A DNA stretch of 38,904 nt, taken from IMG/VR virus record IMGVR_UViG_3300030330_005386, positions 1 to 38,904 of that record; one strand, written 5' to 3'. Under the pieces are notes generated by a model. The model saw only the letters and a list, made by a program, of their open reading frames with translations, had not been told where the DNA came from and searched no databases. Position numbers and translations under genes: made by a program. Below, one piece after another: positions 1 to 11,021 of this stretch; positions within the stretch are counted from its first letter, which is position 1, and each line of letters starts with the position of its first letter. This DNA comes from a virus.

Positions 1-161
1 CCGCCACCACCAGTCCATGCGCCACCAGATCCACCACCACCAAACATCGCAAGTAATGCCTCAAATCCTCCACCAGCACTAGATGTTGATCTACTTACAA
101 CACCACCTCCTAATCCTGTTAAACCTTGAATAGGTTTCTCTTTCTTATGCCAATTAAACAT
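1..161 (-). CDS. Glycine-rich virion structural protein, N-terminal part only (runs off window)
   Basis: Open frame from ATG at 161 (MFNWHKKEKPIQGLTGLGGGVVSRSTSSAGGGFEALLAMFGGGGSGGAWTGG...) with GGAGG Shine-Dalgarno just upstream; not in ORF track because it is short/partial. Confidence 0.6.
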   Translation of the reverse strand, partial: MFNWHKKEKPIQGLTGLGGGVVSRSTSSAGGGFEALLAMFGGGGSGGAWTGGG

Positions 162-173
162 ATCTACCTCCTA

Positions 174-2816
174 TCAAGAAGTCTTAGTCTGAGTTGCTAT
201 TACGGTGTATGTAGCACTTGCAGTCTTCATGATTGTATACGCATAGATGTCAACACCACCATCACCACCGTCAGAAGGAGCACTACCACCAGTCCAGTTT
301 AATGTGCCACCATTGGTTCCAACCGTGTTACCATCGATATTAACTGTTGCAGCATATCCAGCGGCGGCCGCAGTGGTAACTATAGTGACAGAGATTGCAT
401 CACCATTTGCCATTGTGTTGTTTAGTGATGTTGATGAATTGATTCTAATATTTGGAGTAGCTGTGGTTGTTTCAGTTGTGGTGAACAAATGCATCATTCC
501 ATCTGCAAGATCAATATCCGTATTGTCACTTAACTTACCAGAGGTAACATTAACTCTCTCAATCAGTTCACCATTATTAAAGTGAATACCACCACCTGAG
601 GTGATACGCATTCTTTCCGTTGGTGTTACTGCTCCATCAGCAGTCGTCGAGAACATTAACCTACCCGGCATGTCATTTGCGCCAGGGGTGCCATCTGATT
701 CACAAATAACAGATGCAGCCTGAACAAATTCAGTTCCGTCGTTACCTTGGAATATTACCCTACCAAGAGTGTCACCAGATTGAACAATAGTATTTGATCC
801 AACAGAAGTGCCACGCGATCTCGCAAGTGTAATAATTGGATCGGTACTGGTGCTGTTTATAACGCACGAAACAGTGCTTGTATTGTTATCAGTACCTTCT
901 ACCTGGAGCGCCGCACTAAGCGTTGTATTAAAGAAATTACTACGCGCAGAAGAGGCACCAATTAAGAACCGCCCAGATGAATCGGTACGAGTTCTCTCGC
1001 TACCATTAGTATGTACAGTAAATGTATCGGCAGCAGGGAATCTGATTGCAGTATCAGTATCACCAGTGTGAATAATAGAATCTGCGATAGATACATTACT
1101 CTTGAATGTACCAACACCAGTAATATCAAGTCCATTTGCTAGGACTTGAATACCCTGTTGTGCCGTGATAATACCAATAGAATCAATATTTTCTACATCT
1201 TGATATGTGAGTGTTCCGCCAATTGTAACATTACCAGTGAAAGAAGCACTCGTAGCAGTAAGAACTCCAGTAACTCTTAAACCAGCAGTAAATTCAGGAG
1301 CTCCTGTTCCTGCAGCATCAGCAAAGTTATCAGCACGAACTCTACCACCAGACTTACCAAGTGCAGGTAATGTTTGAGTGGTTCCGATACCAAGAATATT
1401 AGGAACAAATTCATCACCATCACCAACGATTAAGTCTGCATCTTCACTAACTTCAATCTCTGCATATTGCGTATATGCGACTATGGCAGTATCGGGAGGA
1501 TCGATAGTAATTGTTGATGCGACACCGAGAACTTGATCGGTATAGTAAATCTTGTTAAGTGGACTTGTATTGTCAGAACTCAGTGCAGTTCCAAGTCCAG
1601 CAGGTAAGTTTGTAAGGTTGCTACCATCGCCTTCAAATGATGTTGCAGTGGCAACACCAGTAATTACAACACCGTTAGGGTTCGCTTGTGCTTTTACATT
1701 ACCACCATCATCTTTCAGTGATGTAGCATCAATTCCAGTTAAGTTAGAACCATCACCAAAGTATGTTGTTGCTAATACGCCAGTGGAGTTAAACGTAACA
1801 ATACCAACTCCATTACTGGAATAAGCAACAGATCCATCAGCAGGAGCGAAGAATCCAGTGTTAGAGTCGTTACCAAATGATAGTGATGGTGCCGCTACTG
1901 TTCCTGTCGAGAATGCAACACTAGTCAGTTGAGTAATAATACCAACGTTAAATGGTGCTGCGTCTACCCACTGTGCGCTATTATCATCTTGATAATAGAT
2001 GAAGAGTCGTCCAAGTCCTGTGTTATACCACAGGTTACCAGCAGTGACAATACCAGTAAACGCATCTCCAGGTGTTGAACCAACGCCAATACTTGCACTA
2101 CCACCACCACTTCCTCCACCACCTTGGAAGCTCAGAGTTACAATACCAACGGCAGAGTTGAATTGGGCAGTTGTAAATCCAGGGCCTCTAAACTCAAGGA
2201 AAGATACACCGTATCCAACCAATCCAAGAGATGTTCCAATACCAATTTGTCCTGCACCAACAAATTGAGCGGCAGTTACAACACCGCTAATATTTGCTCC
2301 ACCACTAAATGTTGGGGTGTTTGATAATGTGGTGATATCTGCAGTGGCAATAGTTGCAGTGCCACTTACATTTACATCAGTACTATCAAGTGATGTAATT
2401 GTACTGATACCAGTAACTGTTATGCCATCATTGAATGATGTCAGTCCAACAAACGTTGGAACTGTTGCAATACCAGTAAGGGTTAAATTTCTACCACTAA
2501 TTTCATCATATGAGATGTCAGCAAAAGTAGTAAAACCAGTGACTGTAAGTTGATCTACACTTACACCACCAAAGGTAGAGAACCCAGTAACATTTAAATT
2601 ACCAAGATTTACATCACCCGCAGATGCTTCAAGCGTTGCAATCGTAGCAACACCTGTAATATTGATATCCGTTGCTGCAATTCCACCACGAACGTCTAAA
2701 GTGGAGCGAGGGCCAGTACTCGCAATACCAACTTTCTTACTACTAGCGTCCGCAACAATAAGATCAGAGTTAACCTCTAAGCCATTCTTGACGACAAAAC
2801 TCTTATCTACTGCCAT
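174..2816 (-). CDS. Virion structural / tail-fibre-like protein with repeated 'GVATATSFxGDGSNLTG'-type motifs
   Basis: 880 aa ORF; N-terminus MAVDKSFVVKNGLEVNSDLIVADASSKKVGI and repeated VTGVATIATL/GDGSNLT motifs typical of cyanophage fibre proteins; TATAAATA late promoter upstream. Confidence 0.75.
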   Translation of the reverse strand: MAVDKSFVVKNGLEVNSDLIVADASSKKVGIASTGPRSTLDVRGGIAATDINITGVATIATLEASAGDVNLGNLNVTGFSTFGGVSVDQLTVTGFTTFADISYDEISGRNLTLTGIATVPTFVGLTSFNDGITVTGISTITSLDSTDVNVSGTATIATADITTLSNTPTFSGGANISGVVTAAQFVGAGQIGIGTSLGLVGYGVSFLEFRGPGFTTAQFNSAVGIVTLSFQGGGGSGGGSASIGVGSTPGDAFTGIVTAGNLWYNTGLGRLFIYYQDDNSAQWVDAAPFNVGIITQLTSVAFSTGTVAAPSLSFGNDSNTGFFAPADGSVAYSSNGVGIVTFNSTGVLATTYFGDGSNLTGIDATSLKDDGGNVKAQANPNGVVITGVATATSFEGDGSNLTNLPAGLGTALSSDNTSPLNKIYYTDQVLGVASTITIDPPDTAIVAYTQYAEIEVSEDADLIVGDGDEFVPNILGIGTTQTLPALGKSGGRVRADNFADAAGTGAPEFTAGLRVTGVLTATSASFTGNVTIGGTLTYQDVENIDSIGIITAQQGIQVLANGLDITGVGTFKSNVSIADSIIHTGDTDTAIRFPAADTFTVHTNGSERTRTDSSGRFLIGASSARSNFFNTTLSAALQVEGTDNNTSTVSCVINSTSTDPIITLARSRGTSVGSNTIVQSGDTLGRVIFQGNDGTEFVQAASVICESDGTPGANDMPGRLMFSTTADGAVTPTERMRITSGGGIHFNNGELIERVNVTSGKLSDNTDIDLADGMMHLFTTTETTTATPNIRINSSTSLNNTMANGDAISVTIVTTAAAAGYAATVNIDGNTVGTNGGTLNWTGGSAPSDGGDGGVDIYAYTIMKTASATYTVIATQTKTS

Positions 2817-2848
2817 TTGGGTTCACTATCCCCCGTTAGATTTTTTAT

Positions 2849-2856
2849 TATTTATA
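2849..2856 (-). promoter_or_regulatory. T4-type late promoter TATAAATA
   Basis: Minus-strand TATAAATA, ~33 bp upstream of the ATG of the 880 aa ORF. Confidence 0.7.
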
Positions 2857-2860
2857 GTAT

Positions 2861-4858
2861 CTAGAACTGATATCTTGTAGTATTAATCCATCTACCCTTA
2901 TCAGGGGTGATACTTAAACTTCCAGGATTACTGTCAGTGTCACTACATGTTAAAGTATTGTCCGATAATGTTCTTGTATCTACATTACTTGTATCAGTAA
3001 TATCATAAATTGATCCATCTTCAATATCTGCGGTTACAGTTGATGGTAAATCTCCACTAAAACCTGCAGCAGAACCAAATGTAATTGTAGAGGGGCCAAA
3101 TCCACTTACTAATGTCATAACAACTTGAATATTTTCAGTTGATGTACGAGTCTGAGTAAAGGTAACTGTCTCTATCTCGTTTGCTAACTCAATTAAAAAA
3201 TATCCACTACCTACGTTACCACCCGCTTGTGTCGAAATTATTTCTGGCCTTCCATTTGAATATCCTGATGCTCCGCCTCCACCACCCGTTTCAGATGCAC
3301 CATCACCACCAATATAACCTGCTGCACCTCCACCTTGAGTTGATCCGCCAATTCCACCGTTGTTTCTATATCCCAGTCCTGCTTTGTAACCTCTTACAAT
3401 AGAACCAGATCCATTGATTATTGATCCATCAGCAGCAGTTCTTGCCTGCGTAAGTTCTCCATTTTCAACATCAGAGCAAGGAGGAACTCCAAGTCTTCTA
3501 TAATATCCTCCAATTGTACAACCGGAAATCTTACCACCTGTGCGTTCTCTATTTCCAGCACCTGTTGGAGTTTGAAGTCCTCCCTGGAAGTATCCACTTA
3601 CAGTCGCAGCACCATCCTCTACTCTGGCTCCTCCACTTCCTCTTCCGGGCCCATCACCATCTCTTCCTGCTAGACTCATGCCACCGCCATTACCTCCTCT
3701 TCCTCTCTCTCCTGCACCACCGCCACCACCACATACTGCCATAATCGCTGCCTTATTATAGATATATGCTCCTGCTCCACCTCCTCCAAAGTCACTTCCA
3801 TAATTTCCAGCGATTTTAAAAACAAATTCTTCATTTTTCTCCATTGTTATAACAAAGACGGAAACCCCTCCTTCACCACCTTTATAACCAAATCTATCTG
3901 CTCCTGAAGGAGCAGCAATTGTGATTTTTACTTTAACATCTTTTTCATCAGCCCATACAACATAAGATCTACCACCTAATAATACTCCAAGTCTAACAGG
4001 ATCATTATTTTGCTGCCTTTCAAATAAATTATAAGATTCAGTCGGTGCAATAAGAGATGTAGAACCATAATTAAGTTGTTCCACTTTGATCATCTGTCTA
4101 GCATCAACCACTGTCAGAGTTGCATCATCTGAGGTAATAGGAGAATTTCCAGCAGTTGGATGAGATACAGTTACAGTGATTGTAGAATCACCAATCGTAT
4201 CGCTTGAAATTGTAAGAGTGGGTGATTGAGCACCACTTACTGTATCACTGTTGGCCAATGGAGTTCCATCTTGATTCCACTGATATGAAACATCAGAACC
4301 ATCTGAGGCAGATGCTACAACAGTGAAGGTTGCATCAACACCTTGAGCAACCTCATCATCAGTTGCTTGTGTGGTGATAGAAATTGTTGGATTTACTGTG
4401 ACAATTACAGAACCGGCAGCATTACTATCTAAACGTTGATTCTCATTCGACGCCTTTCCTGTCGATCTTGCTATACCAGCGGTGATGGCACCAGACTCTG
4501 ATTGATATGCGGATTCTGTGTAAGATGCACGAAGAAAAATTGATTTGCCAGTTTCAGATGGGTTTTGAAGATCCTGAATTGTTATCTCATTAGTTTGAGA
4601 ACCACTTATTTTTCCAGATACATCTTCAGCAGCAATTCCATCAATATACCATTGATATGCTATTTCACCAGTATTTGTTACCCTTTCTCCAGGAATTGTT
4701 GTTGGATTGTGTTTGAATTCAGCAGTTGCTAAACCAGATAATGTGACATCATCTCCTGCATTTACGGTAACAGACTCTGGAGTTGAAGTGAACCTAAGAT
4801 AAGGCCCATTCAAATCCAGTGTCGTATTTGTGCTATTGTAGAACGCTAATCCTATCAT
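2861..4858 (-). CDS. Virion structural protein with Ig-like domains and Gly-rich (polyglycine) C-terminal adhesin-like region
   Basis: 665 aa; Ig-like segments (FTVVASASDGSDVSYQWNQDG), then GGGGAGAYIYNKAAIMAVCGGGGGAGERGRGGNGG. Confidence 0.6.
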   Translation of the reverse strand: MIGLAFYNSTNTTLDLNGPYLRFTSTPESVTVNAGDDVTLSGLATAEFKHNPTTIPGERVTNTGEIAYQWYIDGIAAEDVSGKISGSQTNEITIQDLQNPSETGKSIFLRASYTESAYQSESGAITAGIARSTGKASNENQRLDSNAAGSVIVTVNPTISITTQATDDEVAQGVDATFTVVASASDGSDVSYQWNQDGTPLANSDTVSGAQSPTLTISSDTIGDSTITVTVSHPTAGNSPITSDDATLTVVDARQMIKVEQLNYGSTSLIAPTESYNLFERQQNNDPVRLGVLLGGRSYVVWADEKDVKVKITIAAPSGADRFGYKGGEGGVSVFVITMEKNEEFVFKIAGNYGSDFGGGGAGAYIYNKAAIMAVCGGGGGAGERGRGGNGGGMSLAGRDGDGPGRGSGGARVEDGAATVSGYFQGGLQTPTGAGNRERTGGKISGCTIGGYYRRLGVPPCSDVENGELTQARTAADGSIINGSGSIVRGYKAGLGYRNNGGIGGSTQGGGAAGYIGGDGASETGGGGGASGYSNGRPEIISTQAGGNVGSGYFLIELANEIETVTFTQTRTSTENIQVVMTLVSGFGPSTITFGSAAGFSGDLPSTVTADIEDGSIYDITDTSNVDTRTLSDNTLTCSDTDSNPGSLSITPDKGRWINTTRYQF

Positions 4859-7800
4859 GCGAAGTTCTGTCCTCCAACTACGCCGAAGAGTGTTGATCCA
4901 CCATCGAATGTCTTAAACGAATAGATATCCGATGTATTTGCTGATGTAGTAACAATAGGTAATACACCACCTGCGGGGAACTTAACATCAATGTCAGATC
5001 CACCATTGTCCTTAAAGGTAGCGATTCCAACAGAATATCCAGTGCTATCCTGAGTTATAAGTATTGAGAACGCAGTGGCACCTGAAGGAGGATTAAGAAG
5101 AGTGAACTGTGTCACTGCCTCATCAACAGTCAGGGTGAAGGATTGTGCAATAGACAAGTCAATGTTTACATTACCACCAGAGATGTCCAGTTCTTGAACA
5201 TACTCAGAGTAAGTCTTGAACTTAGCAGATCCTTCAATGTCAACCTTTGCTCTAGGAGTTGCAGTTCCAAATCCAGTTTGATTACTAGAAGTAGAAAGTG
5301 CAGTGCCAACAACAATATTGGTTGCAGTAATAATACCAGTGCGTATCTCACCAGATGTACTATCTAGTTTATGAGATGCAGCAGTCATTACGCCGCTGAC
5401 ATTTACGTTAACAACATCAATTCTGCCATCGAAAATTGAGTTGTTTCTAACCTTCAGATCAGTTGTTCCCGTTCCTGTTGTTCCAAGATCAAGATTGAAG
5501 TGAGGAACTGTTGTACCGATACCGACATTAACAAGATTGTTAGGATAGATACCAGTACCTAATCCAGATGCAACACCACTCCAGAGACTGTCAGTCTGAA
5601 GATTAAAGAGTTCAGAACCATCACCAACAAATTTTGTAGCAGTAGCAACACCAGCAGAATTAATATTACCGCTGAAATATGCATCACCCTCAACTCTAAA
5701 CTGGAAGGTGTTTGCGGAAGTACCAACACCTACTCTTCCTGCTGTATCAACAGAGAATTCAGTTGAACCATTTCCAACTTGTAAGACATTGTTTCCAGGA
5801 GTTGTGGTAGCAATGCCAACTGCATCAAAGATTCCAATACTCAGAGTCTTAGAAAGACTTACACTACCGAAACGATACCAATCATTATCTGTAGTATAAA
5901 TCCAACCAACATAACCACCCTTAGCAGGATTAGCATTGTAAACTACATCACCAGGGTTACCCGAAAGTGAAGGTGTAGCAATACCAACTGTGTACTTTCT
6001 AGAAACAGTGGTGTCACCTTGTAAGAACAGAGAGTTGGACTCAATGCCTTTAGTTGAAGTAGAGGTAATCTTTTCGTTGAAAATTACAGGGCCGTCAAAC
6101 TCAGAAACGATATTTCCTTCTGGGCCACCCTCAACTCTCAGTGAGCGACTGATTGATGCCTCAAGTGGAGTAAGAACATCAAATCCAACACTAACACCGC
6201 TGGTTGATACATCCTCACCAGTTACAGTGGGGATGGGAGCATCAAATACTTCCTCCTGTCCAGTAGCAGAACTTACCTTCTTATTGCCGACATAGAAGTC
6301 ACCAGCATCATTCATACCGGTGTAAACATTTACACCACCATCATACTTCAGAGACTGAGAGATAAGTGCTTCTCTCGTCGTGAGAGATCTATCTTGCTTT
6401 TCAGGGAGAGCAGTAGAATAGTTACCAGGGCCGTAACCAACATATTCAAATGTATGTCCAGAAGCACGAATGATAGAGTTTCTTCTAAATTCGACAGGAC
6501 GACAAGCGACTCTCTTAACTACGGCATTAATAGCGTGAGTGGTTGCTCTGGTTCCAAGAACACCTCTGAATACTGAAACAGGATTACCAGTCACAGTTGT
6601 CTTGACTCTGACGATTTCCTCATCAATCAACAGATAATCACCAATATTAATATCAGTATCAGTGACATTCAGAATATCAACATCAGTTGTTGATGCAGTA
6701 ACAATTGAAGCTGAAATCGTTGTAGTGATACCAGCATAAGTGGTTTGCTGTCTACCACTCAGGTTTTCATTTTCAACTACAACATTACCACCAGCAGATG
6801 CATAACTGAATGGATATACTCTAATGGTTCCTGAAGGATCAGGTGCTGTGGTTCCAACACCAACGCTGATTTCAAATGAAGTTTGAGATTCAGTCTTCTT
6901 GATGATGTAATCACCTTGATAAAGTGACTGATCAATTCCACCGAGTTTGATTTTGTTATTAACTCTCAGTCCATGATTCTCAGTGGTGGTAACAACACCA
7001 ACTCCAGTGACTCTATTGTAGTTAAAGGAACTTACATTCAGAGATCTACCATTTATTTGTACGGCAGCGGACGTAAGATCTGTAATACCGATACCAGATG
7101 CACCACCAACTGTTGCGGCAGATGCAACTTGAACCACTTTTGCAGCGCCAGCATTTACACCAGTGATTCTGTAAAGAGTATTATAAGGATAATTTGATTG
7201 TGGTTTAGCATTGACTAATTCAATTGTATCACCAGTGTTATCATGAATCTTAGTGACAGTTACGATACCAACAGAGTGAGGTGCAGTAGTTCCAACACCA
7301 ACAATTTGCAGCGAATCACCAACTGAGTAAGCACTACCGCCGTCCATGATCTTGGCAGCGACAATGTTACCAGAAGAATTAACTTCCAGTCTCGCAGTTG
7401 CATTTTGTCCTTGAGTTGATGCAGCACCCGAAGAAACTAACTTAGCATTGTAAATATAACCAGCACTTCCGTTTCCATATCCAGCACCACTATCAGCGAT
7501 ACCAATATTAACAACACGATTCAGTCCGTGATCAATTGTGGAGAAGAATGTGTGAGCAGTGCCAGTACTGTTAGACTGAACTTCAGTAACACCAAAACCA
7601 ATATTATAATCAAATACCTGAGCGTTAAGTGTTTCTTTCGTAATGCTACTCTGTAAATCATCACTTACAGTCTCACCAACAGGTGTAGCGAGAGCAAACG
7701 ATGAAGATGCATTAGGATCACTCTTAGGATTATCTCTATTAGTCTGAGGATAGAGTTGTTGAATAGACTGAGAGAATCTTTCAGTAGAGAACGGAGATAC

Positions 7801-10734
7801 TGTTGGAGAGTTTGAATTATTAACAATCAGCAGATGATAGATACCATCTTGCTCACCAGCAACATATCTTTGAACCTGCTGTGCGCGATATACTTGATAA
7901 GTTCCCTTTGTCCTTGTCTGAGTGAATGTAGGAAGACTTGTCGTTCTAGCAGATGTATCATTAGTAAATGCACCTGGGCCTGCAGAACTTACAAGAGATA
8001 CAGTAAACTCTCTTGCACTTGTGATTCCCGTAACATTGAACTTACCATTAAATCCAGAGTTTGCAGTTCCTACTGGATTGTTCGCACTGACAATATTCTT
8101 AATCTCAACTTCAGATCCTATCTTCAGATCGTGAGGGAGTTCAGTTAAGATATTTGCAACATTGCCACTCCAACTTGCATTAGCAATGAATCTAAAGTTT
8201 CTCTGCTCGTCAGCATTGCTGAGAGTGACAGTTGTGGGACTAAAGTATGTTGCAACTTCAGTATCTGTAGCACCTGTGGTTGTGGAAGAATCTTGAAGGA
8301 TATAACCATCAATTGGTGGACGTGCAGAAGAAATACCAGATCCTGCAGGAATAACATAACGTGCTCTATAAATCGTATCAATGACGTTTCTAGTGTCAGG
8401 TTTACGATTGATGAAAGTTCTAGGAGTTGCATCACCAAGAGATGTGGTTCCCAGTGAAACGAGAGTTGGAAAGATGCTATTATCAGAGGATGCAGTTCCA
8501 ACAGTTACATACCATTGAGACTCTGTAGAGTCAAACTGAATAGGGTGTCCAATGTCACCAGCAGATTTATCAGATACTCTACTCTGAATTCTTAAAATAC
8601 CACCCTTATTATTGATGGTGAGTGCATCACCATTAATTGAGTCATTGAGAGTTTTTGCAATCTTAATCTGATCTGTTCCTACACCAGATGTAATTGCAAA
8701 GTAAATCGTGTTTGAATCTAATCCATCAGGAAGATGTCCATTTTCAGCGATAACACGAATGCTCTCTCCAGATAATAAGTTGTGGGGACTATCAAGAGTA
8801 ATTGTATTTGATGTAATACTATTGATTCCAGATGTTCTTCCAACTTTATGCTGTTTCTGGAAAGTATCCTGAGTTGAAGTTAACTCAGTATCAGGCATCA
8901 CGATACGAGCCGAATAGTTGGTAGGAGTACCAGCACTATCAGGAATCAGAACATTAAGAGTATCATTCTCTTTTGCACCAATTCTATAACCTTCAATAAC
9001 ACTATCGGGTGCTACATCTTCATTGGTTTGATTATAAAGATACAGTCTACTTGTTGATGCAACACCAACTACAGTCTTTTCTACATCAATAGCATTGAAT
9101 TCAATCGCACCTTCAGCAGTCTCAAGTTCTTTGGGCGGAATAATATGAGTGATATAACCTACATCATCTCTTGTAAATGCAGTATTCTTATATCCTTTAG
9201 ATACAAGTGCTTTTGCACCAAAGTTAGAGTTAGAGTTGGTGACAGATAAGTCACCACCACTCTCGGTTACAAAGTGATTTGCATAACCGATGGCAAAACA
9301 CGAAACGATCTGTATCACAGAATCGTTTGATGCCTTAATGTGGAAGTTTTCGTATTCAGGCTTGAAGACTGCAGAACTGTCTTCGTTGATGTTAGCGTTT
9401 CCAGCAAATGTTGAGTCTTTATACTCTCCACTTGTACGATTATACTTTACGAATGCGTTGGCATCTTTCTGAAGTCCAATACCCGTAAACTGGGCAACAA
9501 CCATGGACTTGAATCCCAATGCCTTGCTGCCATCAGCGTGCATACCGCACATACCGAAGACAGAACGCAGAGAGATGTTAAAGATATAAGGAGACGCAGA
9601 GGTAACTGTATCAGACTGCAGATCAACCTGAGAACCTGTTACAGTGGGAAGTGCATCAGAAGGAGCGTTGGATACACTATACTTAAATTGTGTTGTTCCT
9701 TCAACACTGGACGCTAATACATCACTTACAACAAACTGTCCATTATATGCGTCTGTGCCTACATTAGATACCTTAAATGGGGTGTCTACATCCAGTCCAA
9801 ACAGAGCACTTTCAAGAGTTACCGTAACTTCTGTCGTAGCGGTGACACCATCACCTGCCTTGATACTTGTAATTCCAATTGCACCACTCTTAGGGCCTAC
9901 AATACGGAATTCATCAATCTTGGGTTGAATATCAAGTCCTGCATCAGGATAATCTGGTTGAATCTCTCTACCAGAGGAAGCACCATACGCTAAACCAACC
10001 TTTTCATAGAACATGTCAAGATCAGTTCTACCACCATCAAAATCACTGATAAACGCATCATTGATCTTAACGTCATTTACACCATCAGCGTACTCAAAGC
10101 AAGTGAGTTTATGGTGTGAGAAGTTAGGTACGAAAGTATTAGTTGTATAATCCTTATATACTACGCCATTAGGATCACCATCAAACAGAGAGAACTGCCA
10201 TGCGTAGCAAGTTCCTGTAACTCTGAAAATAGCAGATCTTTCTACGTTTACATTTTCTGGATCTGGAATATATTTCGGACGAATTCTAGTTTTACGAAGA
10301 TCTAAACCTACCAGAGAAGTTCCTCTAGGTAGAATAACTCCACCATGAACACTGTTAAGTTTATATAGTGCGTTGTCGTCGGTTGTGAGATCAAAATTAG
10401 TGGTAAGAGAGAATGAGGGGAAGTCAGAAGATGTGAGTCCGTTTCTTAGTTTGAAATTATTTGCACCGTCAGGAATCCATCCAGGACGGTTATCAACAAT
10501 ATGCTCACCAGGATATAATAGAATTGTAGTCTTACTAAATCTATCGTTATCTAATCCACTCTGATATGAAAATCTAGCTGCTTCAATCAGTGCCCTTTGA
10601 ATAGTTTTAAAAGGACGTGCTAATGAATTTCCCTGATTCTCGATAGAATCTGTGGCGTCTAAATCGTTAGGATTAACGTAGAGAATGTTGCCACGCGCAT
10701 TCTTTAAAAAATTATCTAGACGACTGAGAGGCAT
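4855..10734 (-). CDS. Large tail-fibre/baseplate structural protein with pectate-lyase-like beta-helix N-terminus
   Basis: 1959 aa; N-terminus MPLSRLDNFLKNARGNILYVNPNDLDATDSIENQGNSLARPFKTIQRALIEAARFSYQ, conserved in T4-like cyanophages; late-promoter motif upstream. Confidence 0.75.
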   Translation of the reverse strand: MPLSRLDNFLKNARGNILYVNPNDLDATDSIENQGNSLARPFKTIQRALIEAARFSYQSGLDNDRFSKTTILLYPGEHIVDNRPGWIPDGANNFKLRNGLTSSDFPSFSLTTNFDLTTDDNALYKLNSVHGGVILPRGTSLVGLDLRKTRIRPKYIPDPENVNVERSAIFRVTGTCYAWQFSLFDGDPNGVVYKDYTTNTFVPNFSHHKLTCFEYADGVNDVKINDAFISDFDGGRTDLDMFYEKVGLAYGASSGREIQPDYPDAGLDIQPKIDEFRIVGPKSGAIGITSIKAGDGVTATTEVTVTLESALFGLDVDTPFKVSNVGTDAYNGQFVVSDVLASSVEGTTQFKYSVSNAPSDALPTVTGSQVDLQSDTVTSASPYIFNISLRSVFGMCGMHADGSKALGFKSMVVAQFTGIGLQKDANAFVKYNRTSGEYKDSTFAGNANINEDSSAVFKPEYENFHIKASNDSVIQIVSCFAIGYANHFVTESGGDLSVTNSNSNFGAKALVSKGYKNTAFTRDDVGYITHIIPPKELETAEGAIEFNAIDVEKTVVGVASTSRLYLYNQTNEDVAPDSVIEGYRIGAKENDTLNVLIPDSAGTPTNYSARIVMPDTELTSTQDTFQKQHKVGRTSGINSITSNTITLDSPHNLLSGESIRVIAENGHLPDGLDSNTIYFAITSGVGTDQIKIAKTLNDSINGDALTINNKGGILRIQSRVSDKSAGDIGHPIQFDSTESQWYVTVGTASSDNSIFPTLVSLGTTSLGDATPRTFINRKPDTRNVIDTIYRARYVIPAGSGISSARPPIDGYILQDSSTTTGATDTEVATYFSPTTVTLSNADEQRNFRFIANASWSGNVANILTELPHDLKIGSEVEIKNIVSANNPVGTANSGFNGKFNVTGITSAREFTVSLVSSAGPGAFTNDTSARTTSLPTFTQTRTKGTYQVYRAQQVQRYVAGEQDGIYHLLIVNNSNSPTVSPFSTERFSQSIQQLYPQTNRDNPKSDPNASSSFALATPVGETVSDDLQSSITKETLNAQVFDYNIGFGVTEVQSNSTGTAHTFFSTIDHGLNRVVNIGIADSGAGYGNGSAGYIYNAKLVSSGAASTQGQNATARLEVNSSGNIVAAKIMDGGSAYSVGDSLQIVGVGTTAPHSVGIVTVTKIHDNTGDTIELVNAKPQSNYPYNTLYRITGVNAGAAKVVQVASAATVGGASGIGITDLTSAAVQINGRSLNVSSFNYNRVTGVGVVTTTENHGLRVNNKIKLGGIDQSLYQGDYIIKKTESQTSFEISVGVGTTAPDPSGTIRVYPFSYASAGGNVVVENENLSGRQQTTYAGITTTISASIVTASTTDVDILNVTDTDINIGDYLLIDEEIVRVKTTVTGNPVSVFRGVLGTRATTHAINAVVKRVACRPVEFRRNSIIRASGHTFEYVGYGPGNYSTALPEKQDRSLTTREALISQSLKYDGGVNVYTGMNDAGDFYVGNKKVSSATGQEEVFDAPIPTVTGEDVSTSGVSVGFDVLTPLEASISRSLRVEGGPEGNIVSEFDGPVIFNEKITSTSTKGIESNSLFLQGDTTVSRKYTVGIATPSLSGNPGDVVYNANPAKGGYVGWIYTTDNDWYRFGSVSLSKTLSIGIFDAVGIATTTPGNNVLQVGNGSTEFSVDTAGRVGVGTSANTFQFRVEGDAYFSGNINSAGVATATKFVGDGSELFNLQTDSLWSGVASGLGTGIYPNNLVNVGIGTTVPHFNLDLGTTGTGTTDLKVRNNSIFDGRIDVVNVNVSGVMTAASHKLDSTSGEIRTGIITATNIVVGTALSTSSNQTGFGTATPRAKVDIEGSAKFKTYSEYVQELDISGGNVNIDLSIAQSFTLTVDEAVTQFTLLNPPSGATAFSILITQDSTGYSVGIATFKDNGGSDIDVKFPAGGVLPIVTTSANTSDIYSFKTFDGGSTLFGVVGGQNFA

Positions 10735-10763
10735 CTTACTAACGCACTATTTCTGTTGTTAGT

Positions 10764-10771
10764 TATTTATC
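10764..10771 (-). promoter_or_regulatory. T4-type late promoter (GATAAATA)
   Basis: Minus-strand GATAAATA ~30 bp upstream of the ATG of the 1959 aa ORF. Confidence 0.6.
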
Positions 10772-10783
10772 ATTATCTAATCA

Positions 10784-10855
10784 AGCCCCCGAACGGATTT
10801 GAACCGATGGCCTACGCTTTACAAAAGCGTTGCTCTACCGCTGAGCTACAGGGGC
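10784..10855 (-). tRNA. tRNA-Thr(UGU)
   Basis: Minus strand GCCCCTGTAGCTCAGCGGTAGAGCAACGCTTTTGTAAAGCGTAGGCCATCGGTTCAAATCCGTTCGGGGGCT: complete cloverleaf, anticodon TGT. Confidence 0.95.
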
Positions 10856-10857
10856 AA

Positions 10858-10942
10858 TAGGAATGGGGAGACTTGAACTCCCACGGGCATAATGCCCAAC
10901 TGATTTTAAGTCAGGTGCGTCTACCGATTCCGCCACACTCCC
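10858..10942 (-). tRNA. tRNA-Leu(UAA)
   Basis: Minus strand GGGAGTGTGGCGGAATCGGTAGACGCACCTGACTTAAAATCAGTTGGGC...GCCCGTGGGAGTTCAAGTCTCCCCATTCCTA: class II tRNA with variable arm, anticodon TAA. Confidence 0.95.
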
Positions 10943-11021
10943 AAAAAATCACTCCTTCCAGGTGGGAGGGTGAAATCTACAATATTCATTGAATGTAATC
11001 TTCATCTCCTTATTAGTCAGA

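Noticed and set aside
174-2816. Plus-strand ORFs such as 247..585 and 808..1071
   Set aside because: Antisense to the long structural ORF, which has a late promoter and family motifs.
10950-10980. Possible terminator after the Leu/Thr tRNA region (CACCCTCC...GGAGTGATTTTTT)
   Set aside because: The stem needs mismatches, and it lies upstream of the tRNAs on the minus strand; too weak to call.
10965-11021. 18-codon micro-ORF MKITFNEYCRFHPPTWKE
   Set aside because: The AAGGAG is directly adjacent to the ATG with no spacer, and there is no supporting homology.
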